Below are positions 40,300 to 53,104 of a stretch of DNA of 64,000 nucleotides, piece by piece (positions within the stretch are counted from its first letter, which is position 1; each line of letters starts with the position of its first letter). The position numbers and the translations under genes were made by a program. The notes below the pieces were generated by a model that saw only the letters and a list, made by a program, of their open reading frames with translations, searched no databases and had not been told where the DNA came from. Source of the stretch: Octopus sinensis (lineage: Eukaryota); assembly GCF_006345805.1 (NCBI RefSeq), contig NC_043005.1, positions 84,816,001 through 84,880,000 of the forward strand, given 5' to 3'.

Positions 40300-42045
40300 G
40301 CAACCAGTGTCCACACATTAACGGAATGACATCATCAGTTTTTAAGTTACAATTTTATAACAGGTGAAAAGAAAAAAAAAACAGAAAATAACAGAAAAGA
40401 GAAGACGACAGAAAAAAAGGAAAGAAAAAGAGAGAAAGAAGAATATTTAATCAAACAGTTTTGTATAAACTTGATGATATTCTCCTGTCATCTTATTCAT
40501 TCCTCCAGGGCGTGATGTTAATAACCTGCAAACATATTTCTCCTCATACATTCTGAGAAGTGAAAGTGAAGTAGATTCACAATATTTTCTGAAAATATGC
40601 ACTTTCAAGTCTTCTTCAAAATTGCAGCCACTTGAAATGAAATGTTCAGCAAGTTCTGTTGAACTACTGTTATTGTGCCTGATGACGAATCTGTGCCCAT
40701 TAAACCTTTTGTTTAATTGTTCTGTTGTGCAACCAACATAAACTAAGTTGTGTTTCGTGCACTCTGCAGCGTAGACCAAATGGGAATCTTTACATGCTCC
40801 ACCTTCTGTATAAATCATAACATTTCTGTTATGATTTCTGATGGAATTCACTTCACTCATGTTGTTGCACAATGAACAAGGCTTACCTCTCTTGCGGCTG
40901 TTCTTTAAGGTACAGCATGTAGATACTCCAATGTTCCGTTTTCTTGGAATTAGATATAGAGGTCAATAATTCTCTTATATTCTTATTCTGTCTAAAGACA
41001 ATAATAGGTGACTGAGGAAATATCAGTTTGAAACAAGGATATTTTTTTTCCACATGCTGGTAACTTTCATGCAATACTTCTGAAATGCCAGCGAAATTTC
41101 GGTGCCAATTAATCACTAAAGGAATTCTGTCATCTATTCATCATCATCATCGTTTAACATCCGCTTTCCATGCTAGCATGGGTTGGACGGTTCAACTGGG
41201 GTCTGGGAAGCCCGAAGGCTGCACCAGGCCAGTCAGATTTGGCAGTGTTTCTACAGCTGGATGCCCTTCCTAACGCCAACCACTCCGAGAGTGTAGTGGG
41301 TGATTTTATGTGCCACTGACACAGGTGCCAGACCAGGCTGGTGAATGGCCACGCTCGGATGGTGTTTTTTATGTGCCACCGACACAAGTGCCAGACCAGG
41401 CTGGCGAACGGCCACACTTGGATGATGTTTTTTATGTGCCACCGACACAGGTGCCAGACGAGGCTGGTGAACGGCCACGATCGGATGGTGTTTGTTACGT
41501 GCCCACAGCATGGAGGCCAGTCGATGCGGTACTGGCTACGGTCATGTTCGGATGGTTTTCTTATGTGCCACCGGCACCCCAAAGATACAAATTCCATTGA
41601 TGTTCATCGATTTTGATTTGGTTTGATTTTGCTATTGTATTTGCTATTGTATTTGCTAAAATTATGCATATAGGTTTGACTATCGTTGCTAATCTTAGCA
41701 ATTTCATTTGCTATTTCCTTTAATCATGATTCACTTTAACCGTGTTTGACATAACGATATACAAAAGCACTTGCATATTTCCAGTAACCCTCTATGTCAG
41801 TACAAATTCATTTTATCGTCAAAAATTGGGATTTCGGATTTGACCGAATAAGATGATGTGGATGATTGGAGCAGCGGTGGAGATAAATATGAGATGATGT
41901 GGGCTTGCAAAATAACTCTGTTACTATTCTGCCTCCAGAAAACTTGACTTTTGTGTCCAAAAATACAACGCTTGCTTTTGAAAAACTAGAAGTAAATTTC
42001 ATGTTGGACTTAAAGCAATAGTTTCTAGCATAACAGTCACAGAAA
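40300..42045 (-). mobile_element. Penelope-like element: RT thumb + GIY-YIG endonuclease, disrupted
   Basis: 41808-42030: VVFLDTKV..TELFCKPTSSHIYLHRCSNHPHHL..KSQFL. 40883-41116: IIVFRQNKNIRELL. 40447-40872: C..LVYAAECTKHNLVYVGCT..LNKRFNGHR..LAEHF..LRMYEEKY..GMN. Confidence 0.9.
41140..41580 (-). mobile_element. RTE 3' tail with three ~57-bp tandem repeats, inserted in the PLE
   Basis: Unit TATGTGCCACCGACACAGGTGCCAGACCAGGCTGG(T/C)GAA..GGATG at 41306-41490. Confidence 0.85.
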
Positions 42046-42080
42046 TAATAATAATAATAATGATAATAATAATAATAATG

Positions 42081-42133
<53 letters not shown>

Positions 42134-42169
42134 TAATAATAATAATGATAATAATAATGATAATAATAA

Positions 42170-42725
42170 TTGCCCTGATGCAGTACCAAGCAGTGGCTCT
42201 CATGGCTTCTGATCTTAACTGATTGGAAGTGTTATCAGATACATTGTTTTGTCTTGCTATAAAAGATGGGCTACAGCAAATATTCTGCTCAAAACCACAG
42301 ATTTGCTTGTCAGTTGTTTGACCTTAACCAGTTGAGCATGTCCCTTAGTGGCTGACGAAATGTGCATCTCTGATCACGAGTAGAAGTAGTGGGGGAGCAT
42401 CATAGCCATGTGTTGAGAGGGATTCTTTGGGGTTTGAATAATTCACCTCTGGAAACATGGGTGGTTCGTTCAACATCCTTAAACAACCCTTATTCAGGGA
42501 TTTTTTGAGTGGGATGGGCTACTCAACCTGAAGAAATTTCTAACTGGGCCCCACCTGCAAGGTCATGTGCTGTTTATCTTGATATGAGATCACCATGTCG
42601 CACACATATGGTTGTGATGCATGTGCCTGGTGTACCCTTATCAGACGGGTAGTCATGATGGGTATATTGGGCTTCGTATATTTTACCCCAGTGTCACTTT
42701 GATGGCATGAACTGCTCTCTCACTC

Positions 42726-42760
<35 letters not shown>

Positions 42761-43600
42761 CAATAATAATAACAACAACAACCCTTACACAGGGATCTTT
42801 TGAGCAGAAAAGGCTACTCAAGCTGTAGAAAATTCTAACTGGACCCCACCTGCAAGGTCATGTGCTGTTTATCTTGATATGAGATCACCATGTCACACAT
42901 ATATGGTTGTGATGCATGTGATTGGTGTAGCCTTATCAGATGGGTAATCACGATGGGTATATTGGGCTTTGTATATTTTACCCCAGTGTTACTGTGATGT
43001 CATACACTTCCCTCTCACTCAACAACAACAACAACAACAACAATAATAATAAATGCCTGGATGTAGTGGCTCACTTGGCTTTTGATCTTAACTTATTGGG
43101 AGTGTTATCATGTACATTGTTTTGTCTTGGTATAAAAGATGGGCTACAGCAATTATTCTGCTCAATACCACACATTTGCTTGTCAGTTGTTTGGCCTTAA
43201 CCAGTTGAGCATGTCCCTTGGTGGCTGACAATATGTGCATCTCTGATCATGAGCAGAAGTAGTGGGGGAGCGTCATAACCATGTGTTGAGAGAGATTCTT
43301 TGGGGCTTGAATAATTCACCTCTGGAAACATCCTTAAACAACCGTTATTCAGGAACCTTTCGAGTGGGATGGGTTACTCGACCTGAAGAAAATTCAAACA
43401 GGGCCCCACCTGCAAGGTCATGTGTTGTTTATCTTGATATGAGATCACCATGTCATGCTCATACGTTTGTGATGCATGTGCCTTGTGTACCCTAATCAGA
43501 CAGGTAGTCATGATGGGTATACTGGGCTTCGTATATTTGTATCCCAGTGTCACTTTGATGGCATGCACTGCTCTCTCACTAAATAATAATAATAATAATA
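42170..43600 (+). mobile_element. Head-to-tail array of family T (full 42170-42727, partial 42780-43022, full 43050-43582) separated by (TAA/CAA)n
   Basis: Shared GGCCCCACCTGCAAGGTCATGTG..GAGATCACCATGTC..CTCTCTCACT + (AAT/AAC)n ends. Confidence 0.85.
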
Positions 43601-43789
43601 ATCAGTAAAGCTCCTACAGAAAGTTTTGTCTCTTGGGGACAGCTAGTATTATCAGGTGTGTTTTAAGCACTTGAAAGACTGCTGGAAACTTGTGGATACC
43701 TAAGGTTCCAAGCAGTGACCTGCTATCCACATAATTCCTACCAGGAAAAAGACCGAACCTAAGCCAAACCAAAATTTAAAACAAACATC

Positions 43790-43964
43790 ATCAACATCAT
43801 CATCACCATTATCATCATCATCATCATTATTACCGTTGTCATCATTATTGTCATCATCATCATCGTTTTCATCATCATCATCGTTGTCATCATCATCATC
43901 ATCTTCTTCGTCATCATAATCATCTTCATCTTCTTCGTCATCATCATCATCATCGTCGTCGTCG

Positions 43965-44062
<98 letters not shown>

Positions 44063-44105
44063 GCCATCATCACTGCCATCATCATCATCATCATCATCAT
44101 CTTCA
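43790..44105. repeat. (CAT)n array at the end of an RTE-type tail (minus)
   Basis: Directly visible; adjacent GGCATTCTCCAGCTTCTTGCCCTTCCTAAC. Confidence 0.85.
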
Positions 44106-44582
44106 TATAAAATCTGTTGTCCTTGCTGGCTTGGAGTAGGACAGCTTGACAAGACCAGTTTCGGAATGGCATTCTCCAGCTTCTTGCCCTTCCTAACCCC
44201 AAATGTTTTACATAATTTATTAATTCTCTAAAAGATTCTTATCTCATCTCCTTATTGGTAAACATTAACTTTCTTCATCCTGTTCACCTTCATCATAACT
44301 TAAATATATTCACAAGATTAGATTTGTAAACTTAGCATAGTAGTAATTAGAAATACCGTAATTAAGCAAGTGCTCAGTGTATAAAGAGATAACGAGATAT
44401 ATAATTGCCTAATTGGCTCAAAACCATGACATTCTTCTTACACATTTAATTATATGCTACCTTTGTTTCAAATATAGACATTTTACAGTTTTATATTTAA
44501 GAGATGAGGAATTATTTACATTATTTACATTATTTACATTATTTACATTTGTCATTTATTTGTCCTCATCTTCTTTGTTGTT

Positions 44583-44628
44583 AATACAATGTTTCATCTG
44601 ATATATCCTCCAGCCTTCATCAGGTGTC
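44583..44628 (-). ncRNA. Second, more degenerate hammerhead copy
   Basis: GACAC-CUGAUGA-A-GGCUG(GAGGAUAUAU)CAGAU-GAAA-C-AUU-GUAUU. Confidence 0.55.
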
Positions 44629-44679
44629 TTGGGGAAAATTTTAAACCTGGGTTCTCATTCCGAAGGTATTTTTCAATGC

Positions 44680-44781
<102 letters not shown>

Positions 44782-44838
44782 TATCTTATTTACATTATTT
44801 ACAATTGACAGATATTTGTCCTCATCTTGTTTGTTGTT

Positions 44839-44884
44839 AACACAATGTTTCGGCTGATAAACCCTCCAGCCTTCATCAGGTGTC
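44839..44884 (-). ncRNA. Minimal type-I hammerhead motif (PLE type)
   Basis: GACAC-CUGAUGA-A-GGCUG(GAGGGUUUAU)CAGCC-GAAA-C-AUU-GUGUU; stems I and II pair; stem III has CA in place of CG. Confidence 0.7.
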
Positions 44885-45294
44885 TTGGGAAAACTTTGAA
44901 CCTGGGTTCTCATTCCTAAGGTATTTTTCAATGTTATTATTATTATAATTATTCAGGTAACTGCTTGGACTTGAACTCAGAATCTTGGGGTTAGTAGCCC
45001 ATGCCCTTAACAGCTACGCCTTATGCCCGTCAAATGTAAATAATGTAAATAATAGACATTTTAGATTTAATGTTTAGCTTTAATTGTCCTGAAGAAACAC
45101 CTGTAAAAATATCATTTACATATTTCTATGAATCACAACCAATAGAAATATAAAATAGAAAACAAATAGAGTCTTCTATTTGTTTTGTCCCTTTGGTCCA
45201 ATATTTAACAGAATTGATGGTATTGATCTTCCATGGGTGTGTGGATGTGTGGATGTATCTAAATGTGTATGTGTTTTATATTTATGTAGTAAAT

Positions 45295-45635
45295 ATAGGT
45301 GCAGGCATGGCTGTGTGGTAAGTAGCTTGCTTATCAACCACATGGTACCGGGTTCAGTCCCACTGTGTGACACCTTGGGCAAGTGTCTTCTACTATAGCC
45401 TCAGGCCGACCAAAGCCTTGTCAGTGGATTTGGCAGACAGAAACTGAAAGAAGCCTTTTGTATATATGTATGTATGTGTGTGTGTGTGTGTGTGAGTGTG
45501 TGTGTTTGTGTGTCTGTGTTCCCCCCCCCCAACATTGCTTGACATCCGATGCTAGGGTGTTTACGACCGCCGTAACTCAGTGGTTCGGCAAAAAGAGACC
45601 AATAGAATAAGTACTAGGCTTACAAACAATAAGTC
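45295..45635 (+). mobile_element. SINE family A, 3'-truncated
   Basis: GGTGCAGGCATGGCTGTGTGGTAAGTAGC..GGGTTCAGTCCC..CCTTGGGCAAGTGTC. Confidence 0.85.
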
Positions 45636-46361
45636 CTCCTTGGTTGTGGTTGAGCTTTTCCCTTTCACCAAGCCACTGTTTATGATGTTTAACATTTCGA
45701 TAGAAGATCCATTTTACGTCACCAGTCACAAATCTATCCATAAAGGGTGAAAGGAGTTTGCAAGAATGGAGAGAAGAGCAGACATCAACTCGGGATTTGC
45801 AGCTGCTTTCGAACAATTCATGAGGCACCCATTTTCCAAGTTTAGGAACTTTCCAAGTTGTTGAAGATGATGATGAACAGTTGTATGTTTTGAACTAAGC
45901 TTTGTTGCGAATTCTTCAAATGATAATGCAGGATTTTCTTCAAATAATGCCTTAAGGAGCCAATCATCAAACTCAACTGGACGTCCTGTTTGATCTTCAT
46001 CTTCAAGGCTGAAATCTCTACTTCTGAATTTTGCAAACCATCTTCTGCAAGTTCTTTCATTCAAGCATTCTTTGCCATAAACTGAGTGTATGTTTCAAGT
46101 CACTTCGGCTGCAGAGTTTTCTTTTTTGTACTCATAAAGCATTATGTGCCTCAAATGCTCTTTGGATACTTACATGTTAGAAAGAGTTTTAATCAAAGAA
46201 ATCTTAATTCTATTATTCTGTAAAATAATATTTAAATAGTTTAAATGTACAGAAAAGCATAAAAATAATTTTTAATTCCATCAGACATTCTAAAATACTA
46301 TTAAATTTCATTCAATTTTAAAAAAGGTAATATCGGACAGAACTTATGGGATGACCTGATA
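45636..46361 (-). mobile_element. mariner 5' half with TIR, degenerate
   Basis: TA+TCAGGTCATCCCATAAGTTCTGTCCG end; ERTCRRWFAKFRS.DFSLED..GRP; GKWVPHEL..DRFVTGDVKWIFY.N. Confidence 0.9.
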
Positions 46362-47122
46362 TATGTATGTATATATATATATGTGTATATATATATATAT
46401 ATATATTTGTACACATATGCAAGTGTGCATGTGTGTGTCTGCATTTGAAGTTTTGGTCTTCGAATACCTTCAGTTTCTAAATATTAAGCTATTTTTACGG
46501 CATATATTTATATTTTTTAAAAGAAAAATTCCAACTGCTACGAGTTGCAATTATATTTTAGTCTACTCTCTCCCCTTCCTTTTAAACTACTCACATATTT
46601 CTCTGAACTTTTATATACATTTGCAATTTTTCCATCCCCGCCCCCCCCCCCGCATTAATCCGAATATTCACAAGATGAAACGATAGATATCTTTCGTAAG
46701 TAAGTTAGCTTTCAGCTAAAATTATACACACACACATAAGTGTGTGTGCATGTATGTGTATATATATATACACACATCCACACACACACATATATATTGT
46801 TTGCTCTATCAGTGCTGATTGGGTGCTAAATAAAATCTATCTACACTCATTTTCATTTTGCCTTGTCTCATATCTCTGATCTTTAATATGCATGTGAATG
46901 TGTATTTATATATATATATTTGCTCATATATACATACACACACATGCACACACACACACACACACACACACACCACACACACACACACACACACATATAT
47001 GTATGTATACACAGAAAGATGTATGCATGCATACTATCAACATTGTTCTATATGTTGCTTATCTGCCAACCTACAGACATGCATGCAGGCACACACAACT
47101 AAATGCACATATGTGTGTGTGC

Positions 47123-47178
<56 letters not shown>

Positions 47179-47661
47179 ATATATATATGTGTGTGTGTGT
47201 GTGTATGTATTATGGTGAGAAAAATCTGTGCAATAAATAAATAAAAATAATAAGGAAATAGGAAAACAGTGTGAGAAATTTTCATGGAACAAACTGTGTC
47301 TTTCGATTTCAGCACCGATATTTCAGAAATCCTTTCACAATCTTCAGAAGTGAAGTTATTTTAGGCTATTAAAGGTTTCTTGTTCTTTACCACTTTTTTG
47401 GGAATCATCATACAATTTTTTTCACTTCTACATATTTATTTTCACTAAATAAATAAATATATATGTGTGTGTGCGTGTGCATGTATATATATATATATAT
47501 GTGTGTGTATGTATGTATATATATATATATTTATATATATATATATACACACACACATATATATATATGTATATATGTATATGTAAGTATGTAAGGAAAG
47601 AAATCCTGCTTCTTGGTGTATTTTCTCTTTTAACAACTAGTGTGTGTATGTGTGTGTGTGT

Positions 47662-47698
<37 letters not shown>

Positions 47699-47892
47699 GA
47701 TTAAAACATGTATTTCTGTGGATCTCAGATAAGGAGTGCACAATGTGTACACTGTAAAACTGTACATTACCAACGTCTTAAAGACTAATTCGGGTCTTTG
47801 ATTTAGTATGACATACAAGTGTTACAATAACAAAAAAATGGACATTGACTATTTACTTACGATATATAATGTGTGATATATATATAACACAT

Positions 47893-47944
<52 letters not shown>

Positions 47945-48303
47945 ATAATAATTATTATTATTTGAGGGAATATTAAACCTAACTTACAAGGAAAAAATTC
48001 AATTTAGAAATACTAAATCAAATTTCACACAATATAACATATATATATATATATATGTAAAAAATTAGAAAAAAACACCTTTTATTAATTCAAAATGAAC
48101 AATTAAATTACACCATCTAAAAATTTACATATAATAGAAATATTAACATAGAAATATTAACATTAAAATAACAATAAAATACCAATGATTAAATAAATTG
48201 CAATAAAATAATAAAAACGTATATAATTGGTGTATATATATATCATCATCATCATCATCATCATCATCGTAAAACGGACGTTAAACAATGATGATGATGA
48301 TGA

Positions 48304-48337
<34 letters not shown>

Positions 48338-48479
48338 ATGGTTGAACAGAAAGAACACAACAAGGAGAAAAAGTTAGATGAAAGCAGAGCAAATGGGAGA
48401 CTAGATGGAAACTTAATGGAAGGAAATTTAGACAAAGGCATGGTTCATGGAATATTCACAGCTAAGTTTCCCTTTTCAG

Positions 48480-48509
48480 TCAATGACCCAAAATATCATA
48501 ACCCCAAAT
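48480..48509 (+). CDS. Candidate 30-nt microexon (SMTQNIITPN in phase 0, or xNDPKYHNPK in phase 1)
   Basis: gtttcccttttcag| and AAT|gtaagt. A longer ATG-initiated version (48338-48509) is also open. Confidence 0.5.
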
Positions 48510-48613
48510 GTAAGTGGTAGAACTATATGCATGTTCAAACTCGTGCGGATGTCTCGTATATAGTTCTGCAAGTTATATTTTGCTTTGCTGATCACACTGA
48601 TGAATTGCGGATA

Positions 48614-48634
48614 CTTACGTAAATATTACGTAAG
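48614..48634. promoter_or_regulatory. Two adjacent TTACGTAA palindromes (PAR-bZIP/NFIL3-type consensus)
   Basis: c-TTACGTAA-ata-TTACGTAA-g within a locally CpG-retaining stretch. Confidence 0.35.
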
Positions 48635-48854
48635 TGGTAACAATGAAATCCGGTTTGTGACTAATCTTTATATTTTGTATATTTTCATTTGTCTTGCTTG
48701 CTTACATTCTGGTGTTTGCTGAATTTTCTTGGGAACAATCTTTTCATAATGGTCAGACCATATGGGGGTCTATCTCTAGTATAATGGATGTCCACTTAGT
48801 GGTCATCCCACTTATATGTATGTATAAATATATAAATATATATGCACACACACA

Positions 48855-49320
48855 CAGAGTGTGATGGATAAATTTTCACCATTTTGCATTTTTAATTTTA
48901 TGCATGCACATCGTTTGTTTTTGATTTTGTCAACTACACAGTGTAGTAGGGGCAGTTGAGCACAGTCTGTGAGAAAAACAACACCTTAAGGCGAGTCACT
49001 TTGCCAGGAATTTGGAAACAACATGTTGTACTGCTTGGCATTTGCACCAGAAGTTCCAAAAGGAACATTTCAGAGTGTTTGGGTGTCAATCTGAGGACAT
49101 GTACTGAGAGTGATAAAAATCAAACATCCAATCAACATCATGGTGTTTGGAGTGATCACTAGTGATGGGAATGTTATGCCTCCATTTATCTTCCAACACA
49201 GCCTCAGACTCAAGTGCCTGGAGGAAGTAGTACTGCCCTGGGTCAAAAGAGGGGCTGCTGGAACATCTTATGTCTGGCAACAGGACTCTGCACCATGCCA
49301 CACAAGCAGGAGAATCCAGT
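48855..49320 (+). mobile_element. maT-like (Tc1/mariner) internally deleted copy, 3'-truncated
   Basis: KHP.NIMVFGVITSDG.VMPPFIF..YVWQQDSAPCHTSRR. Confidence 0.85.
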
Positions 49321-49329
49321 CATTGCCAG

Positions 49330-49670
49330 TGCCACCTGACTGGCTCTCCGTACCAGTGGCATGTAAAAAGCACCATCCGAATGTAGCCGATGCCAGTGAC
49401 ACCTGACTAGCTCCCTGTGCTGGTGGCGCCTAAAAAGCTCCATCTGAACATAGTTGATGCCAGCCTCCTCAGCTCAACTGACTCCTGTGCTGGTAGCACA
49501 TAAAAGCACCCACTACACTCTTAGAGTTGTTGGTGTTGGGAAGGGCATCCACCTGTAGAAACACTGCCAGATCAGATTGGATCCTGGTGCGGACTCCTTG
49601 CTTGCCAGCCCTCAGTCAAACCATCCAACCCATGCCAGCATGAAAAACGGATGTTAAACGATGATGATGA
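49330..49670 (+). mobile_element. RTE 3' UTR/tail
   Basis: GTGGCATGTAAAAAGCACC repeats plus tail plus (GAT)n. Confidence 0.8.
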
Positions 49671-49673
49671 TAC

Positions 49674-49705
<32 letters not shown>

Positions 49706-50149
49706 GTGTGTGCCTATCTATCCATATGTCAATGTATCTTTATGTATACAAACATTTGTGTATGTGTGTTTATATATAAATATGCGATGGATGTCAATGT
49801 GTGTGTGTGTGTATACACAGCCACCATAATTAGAATCCCTAGGGTGTTGAACAAAATATCCTTGTAGTCTACCCCCACCCACCTCCACCTCCACCCCACC
49901 CCACCTCATCCCTTCAGCTTTCAACTTTTCAAATTGTTGGCCTTCCCCCTCTTTGATCACTCTGAGTGTGGTGAAACAACTTCAAACGAGTTACCAGTTG
50001 GCATTTATAATTAATTCTACCCTCGAAAGCTTTGCTTCAGCTTGGCTACAGTTCCATCAATGAAACCAGTGAAGAAAAAAATGCAAAGCATAAAAAACTA
50101 TTCCTGTTGTGGCAGGGTTCCATGGCTAAGAATTCTTCTTTGCAATACT

Positions 50150-50732
50150 TTGGCAAGCTGGCAGAAACATTAGCACGCCAGCCAAAATGCTTCGTGCTAT
50201 TTTGTCTGACGCTACATTCTGAGTTCAAATTCTGTTGAGGTCGACTTTGCCTTTCACCCTTTTGGAGTTGATTAAGTAAGTATGAGTTACACACTGGGGT
50301 CGATGTAATCGACTTACTCTCTTTTACTCTTTTACTTGTTTCAGTCATTTGACTGTGGCCATGCTGGAGCACTGCCTTTAGTCGAGCAAATCAACCCCGG
50401 GACATATTCTTTGTAAGCCCAGTACTTATTCTATCGGTCTCTTTTGCCGAACCGCTAAGTGACGGGGATGTAAACACACCAGCATCGGTTGTCAAGCAAT
50501 GCTAGGGGGACAAACACACACACACAAACACACACACATACACATATATACGTATATATACATATATATGACAGGCTTCTTTCAGTTTCCGTCTACCAAA
50601 TCCACTCACAAGGCATTGGTCGGCCCAGGGCTATAGCAGAAGACACTTGCCCAAGATGCCACACAGTGGGACTGAACCCGGAACCATGTGGTCGGTTAGC
50701 AAGCTACTTACCACACAGCCACACCTGCACCT
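50150..50732. mobile_element. SINE B (+, 50150-50315) tail-to-tail with a young SINE A (-, 50318-50732)
   Basis: Both are collinear with other copies; SINE A retains CpGs. Confidence 0.85.
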
Positions 50733-51561
50733 ATGCCACTCCTTAATCCCTTTATCTGTCTTTGTTTGTCCCCTCTATGTTTAGCCCCTTGTGGGCAATG
50801 AAGAAATATATATTTTGGCTCTGGGTTCAATTCCAAAGCATGGCTCTTTTATAATCAAACATTCTATTCAGTTTAAAATGGGGCCCTAATCTTTAGATAA
50901 TTGCATGCTTACTTTGGTCTTTGACTCTTTAATTCCAATACTAATTTCAATATTCATAACTATTCTGCTTCTTCCATGTCTTAGAATAATTATTTACCAA
51001 ATATTTGGAATCTTGCATTATTTAAATTAATTTTCAGTAATGACTGTCTTATTACCACCAAGGAAATTATCTGCCCATGTCTCTGTTATGAAGAGACTAT
51101 AATGAAAGAACGTAATGAACAGACTTAAGTAATTAGCTAAACGAGGGTGTAAATTAAACATTAACGTGGATACCTTTATGATATTATCCTATATATCATT
51201 ATAATTACGATTGAAGGAATTAATGAACTACTAAAAGTTTGAGACTAAAGTTACATTAATCATCAATTGTTACAAACACCAGTTTGAGAGAAAGTGTTAT
51301 GGGATTTGAATCACATACCTTGGACCCCAGGCAGCCATAGCAAAAGAGGGTGTGTGTCCCTTTTATCATTATAATTTTGTGTTACAATTTTTAATTGTAT
51401 GCCTGTCTGTCTGTCTCTCACCCTCTCTCACTCTCTTTCTCCCTCTGACACTTCATTGGTTATGATGACAAGGGTTCCAGTCGATTCTATTCTATCAACA
51501 GAACAACCTGCTCTTGAAATTAATATGCAAGTGCCTGAGTACTCAACAGACAAGCATACCT

Positions 51562-51794
51562 GTTTCTTTACTACCCACAAGGGGCTAAACACAGAGAGGA
51601 CAAACAAGGACAGACAGACTGATTAAGTCGATTATATCGATCCCAGCGCGTAACTGGTACTTAATTTATTGACCCCGAAAGGAGGAAAGGCAAAGTCGAC
51701 CTCGGCGGAATTTGAACTCAGAACGTAACGGCAAACGAAATATGGCTACACATTTCGCCTGGCATGCTAATGCTTCTGCCAGCTCGCCGCCTTT
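51562..51794 (-). mobile_element. SINE family B nested in SINE family E, with 17-bp TSD
   Basis: AACAGACAAGCATACCT at 51545-51561 and 51795-51811; family E continues on both sides. Confidence 0.9.
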
Positions 51795-51989
51795 AACAGA
51801 CAAGCATACCTTTAATGAAGTTCTCTCTGAGAGATTCAGTGTGACACAGAATGTGACAATGGTGACCCTTTAAAATACAGGCACAACTCATTTTTGCCAG
51901 TTGAGTGGGCTCAAGCAATGGGAAATAGAGTGTCTTGCTCAAGGACACGATTTATTCAACTCAGGATAATAAAATAAAGAAGTGTTATT

Positions 51990-52391
51990 GACCCAGTGCA
52001 TGTGCATATTTTGTGGCTGATGCCAGTGCCGTCTGAGTGGCACATGTACCAGTGGCAAGTAAAAAGCATCATTTGAGTGTTGGGCCTCATGGAGGCAGTG
52101 ACAGGCGATATACTGTGCTTGTGTTGACCTGTCAAGATAAGAGGGTCCGCAGTTGTAGCTGATGCCAATGTCAAGTGAATGCTGGTGGCAGGTAAAAACC
52201 ATCTACAACACTCTTGGAGTGGTTGGCATTAGGAAGGGCTTCCAGTCATAGAAACTTTGATAAATAAGATTGGATCCTGGTGCAGCCCCACTGGCTTACG
52301 GTTTTCAGTTAAACCATCTAACCCATCCCAGCATGGAAAGCGGATGTTAAATGATGATGATGATGATGATGATGACAACGACGACGACGAC

Positions 52392-52440
<49 letters not shown>

Positions 52441-52445
52441 TTAAT
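51990..52445 (+). mobile_element. RTE 3' UTR/tail with (GAT/GAC)n
   Basis: Tail motif plus ~95-nt trinucleotide array. Confidence 0.8.
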
Positions 52446-52728
52446 GACCCTCCTGAGATACAACAAGATATAAACAGGAATGCTTATAGCTTACGCACAT
52501 GTTGCTAATGTCTGGTTTAAACATGTTGCAGAGTTACCTTTCAAATTTGTAAATAAAAGAGAGAAATTTAATAAGAGCCAACATGTAACACATATTTTCT
52601 GAGGGAATATGGATTCAGTATTATTACCATTCTCATTACTAGGTTATTATTAGAGTTATTATTGTTATTATTAGAGTTAACTAAATCATTAGAACATTGG
52701 AGAAAAAAAAAACGAAATTACTTTCCAG

Positions 52729-52762
52729 TATTTGTTCTTGAAAACTATCCAAGGTAAACAAG
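52729..52762 (+). CDS. Candidate 34-nt microexon (YLFLKTIQGKQ)
   Basis: ttactttccag| and AAG|gtaagt; phase 0 to 1 bridges 48509 and 55743. Confidence 0.45.
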
Positions 52763-53104
52763 GTAAGTGGAATCAATGAAAGAAAATGCCAGAAAAAAGT
52801 CACTAAGGTTAGTGATATTAACACAACCAAATATGTTTAGTTTTTGGATTTGGTTTGCAAGATTCTTTATGTGAATGCGTGTGTTGAAGCATATTCTGTT
52901 CTGTCTGGGGAGAGTCATTATTTCAATAAGAAATAAGTGGAAATTTTACTGGTGAGTGTGTTAAATTATAAGGCACAAAAGGAAAATGGCTCTCCCCAGA
53001 CACAACCAAATATGTTTGGTTCTAGACGAAATGTTTGATGGATTTGCCTTGCATTTATGGAATCTGTAAAAGACCACAAGCATCAGTGATTAGCATTTCT
53101 ATTT

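Noticed and set aside
41306-41490. Regularly spaced repeats that could be taken for a CRISPR array
   Set aside because: Units are contiguous tandem repeats without unique spacers, inside an RTE UTR in eukaryotic DNA, with no cas genes.
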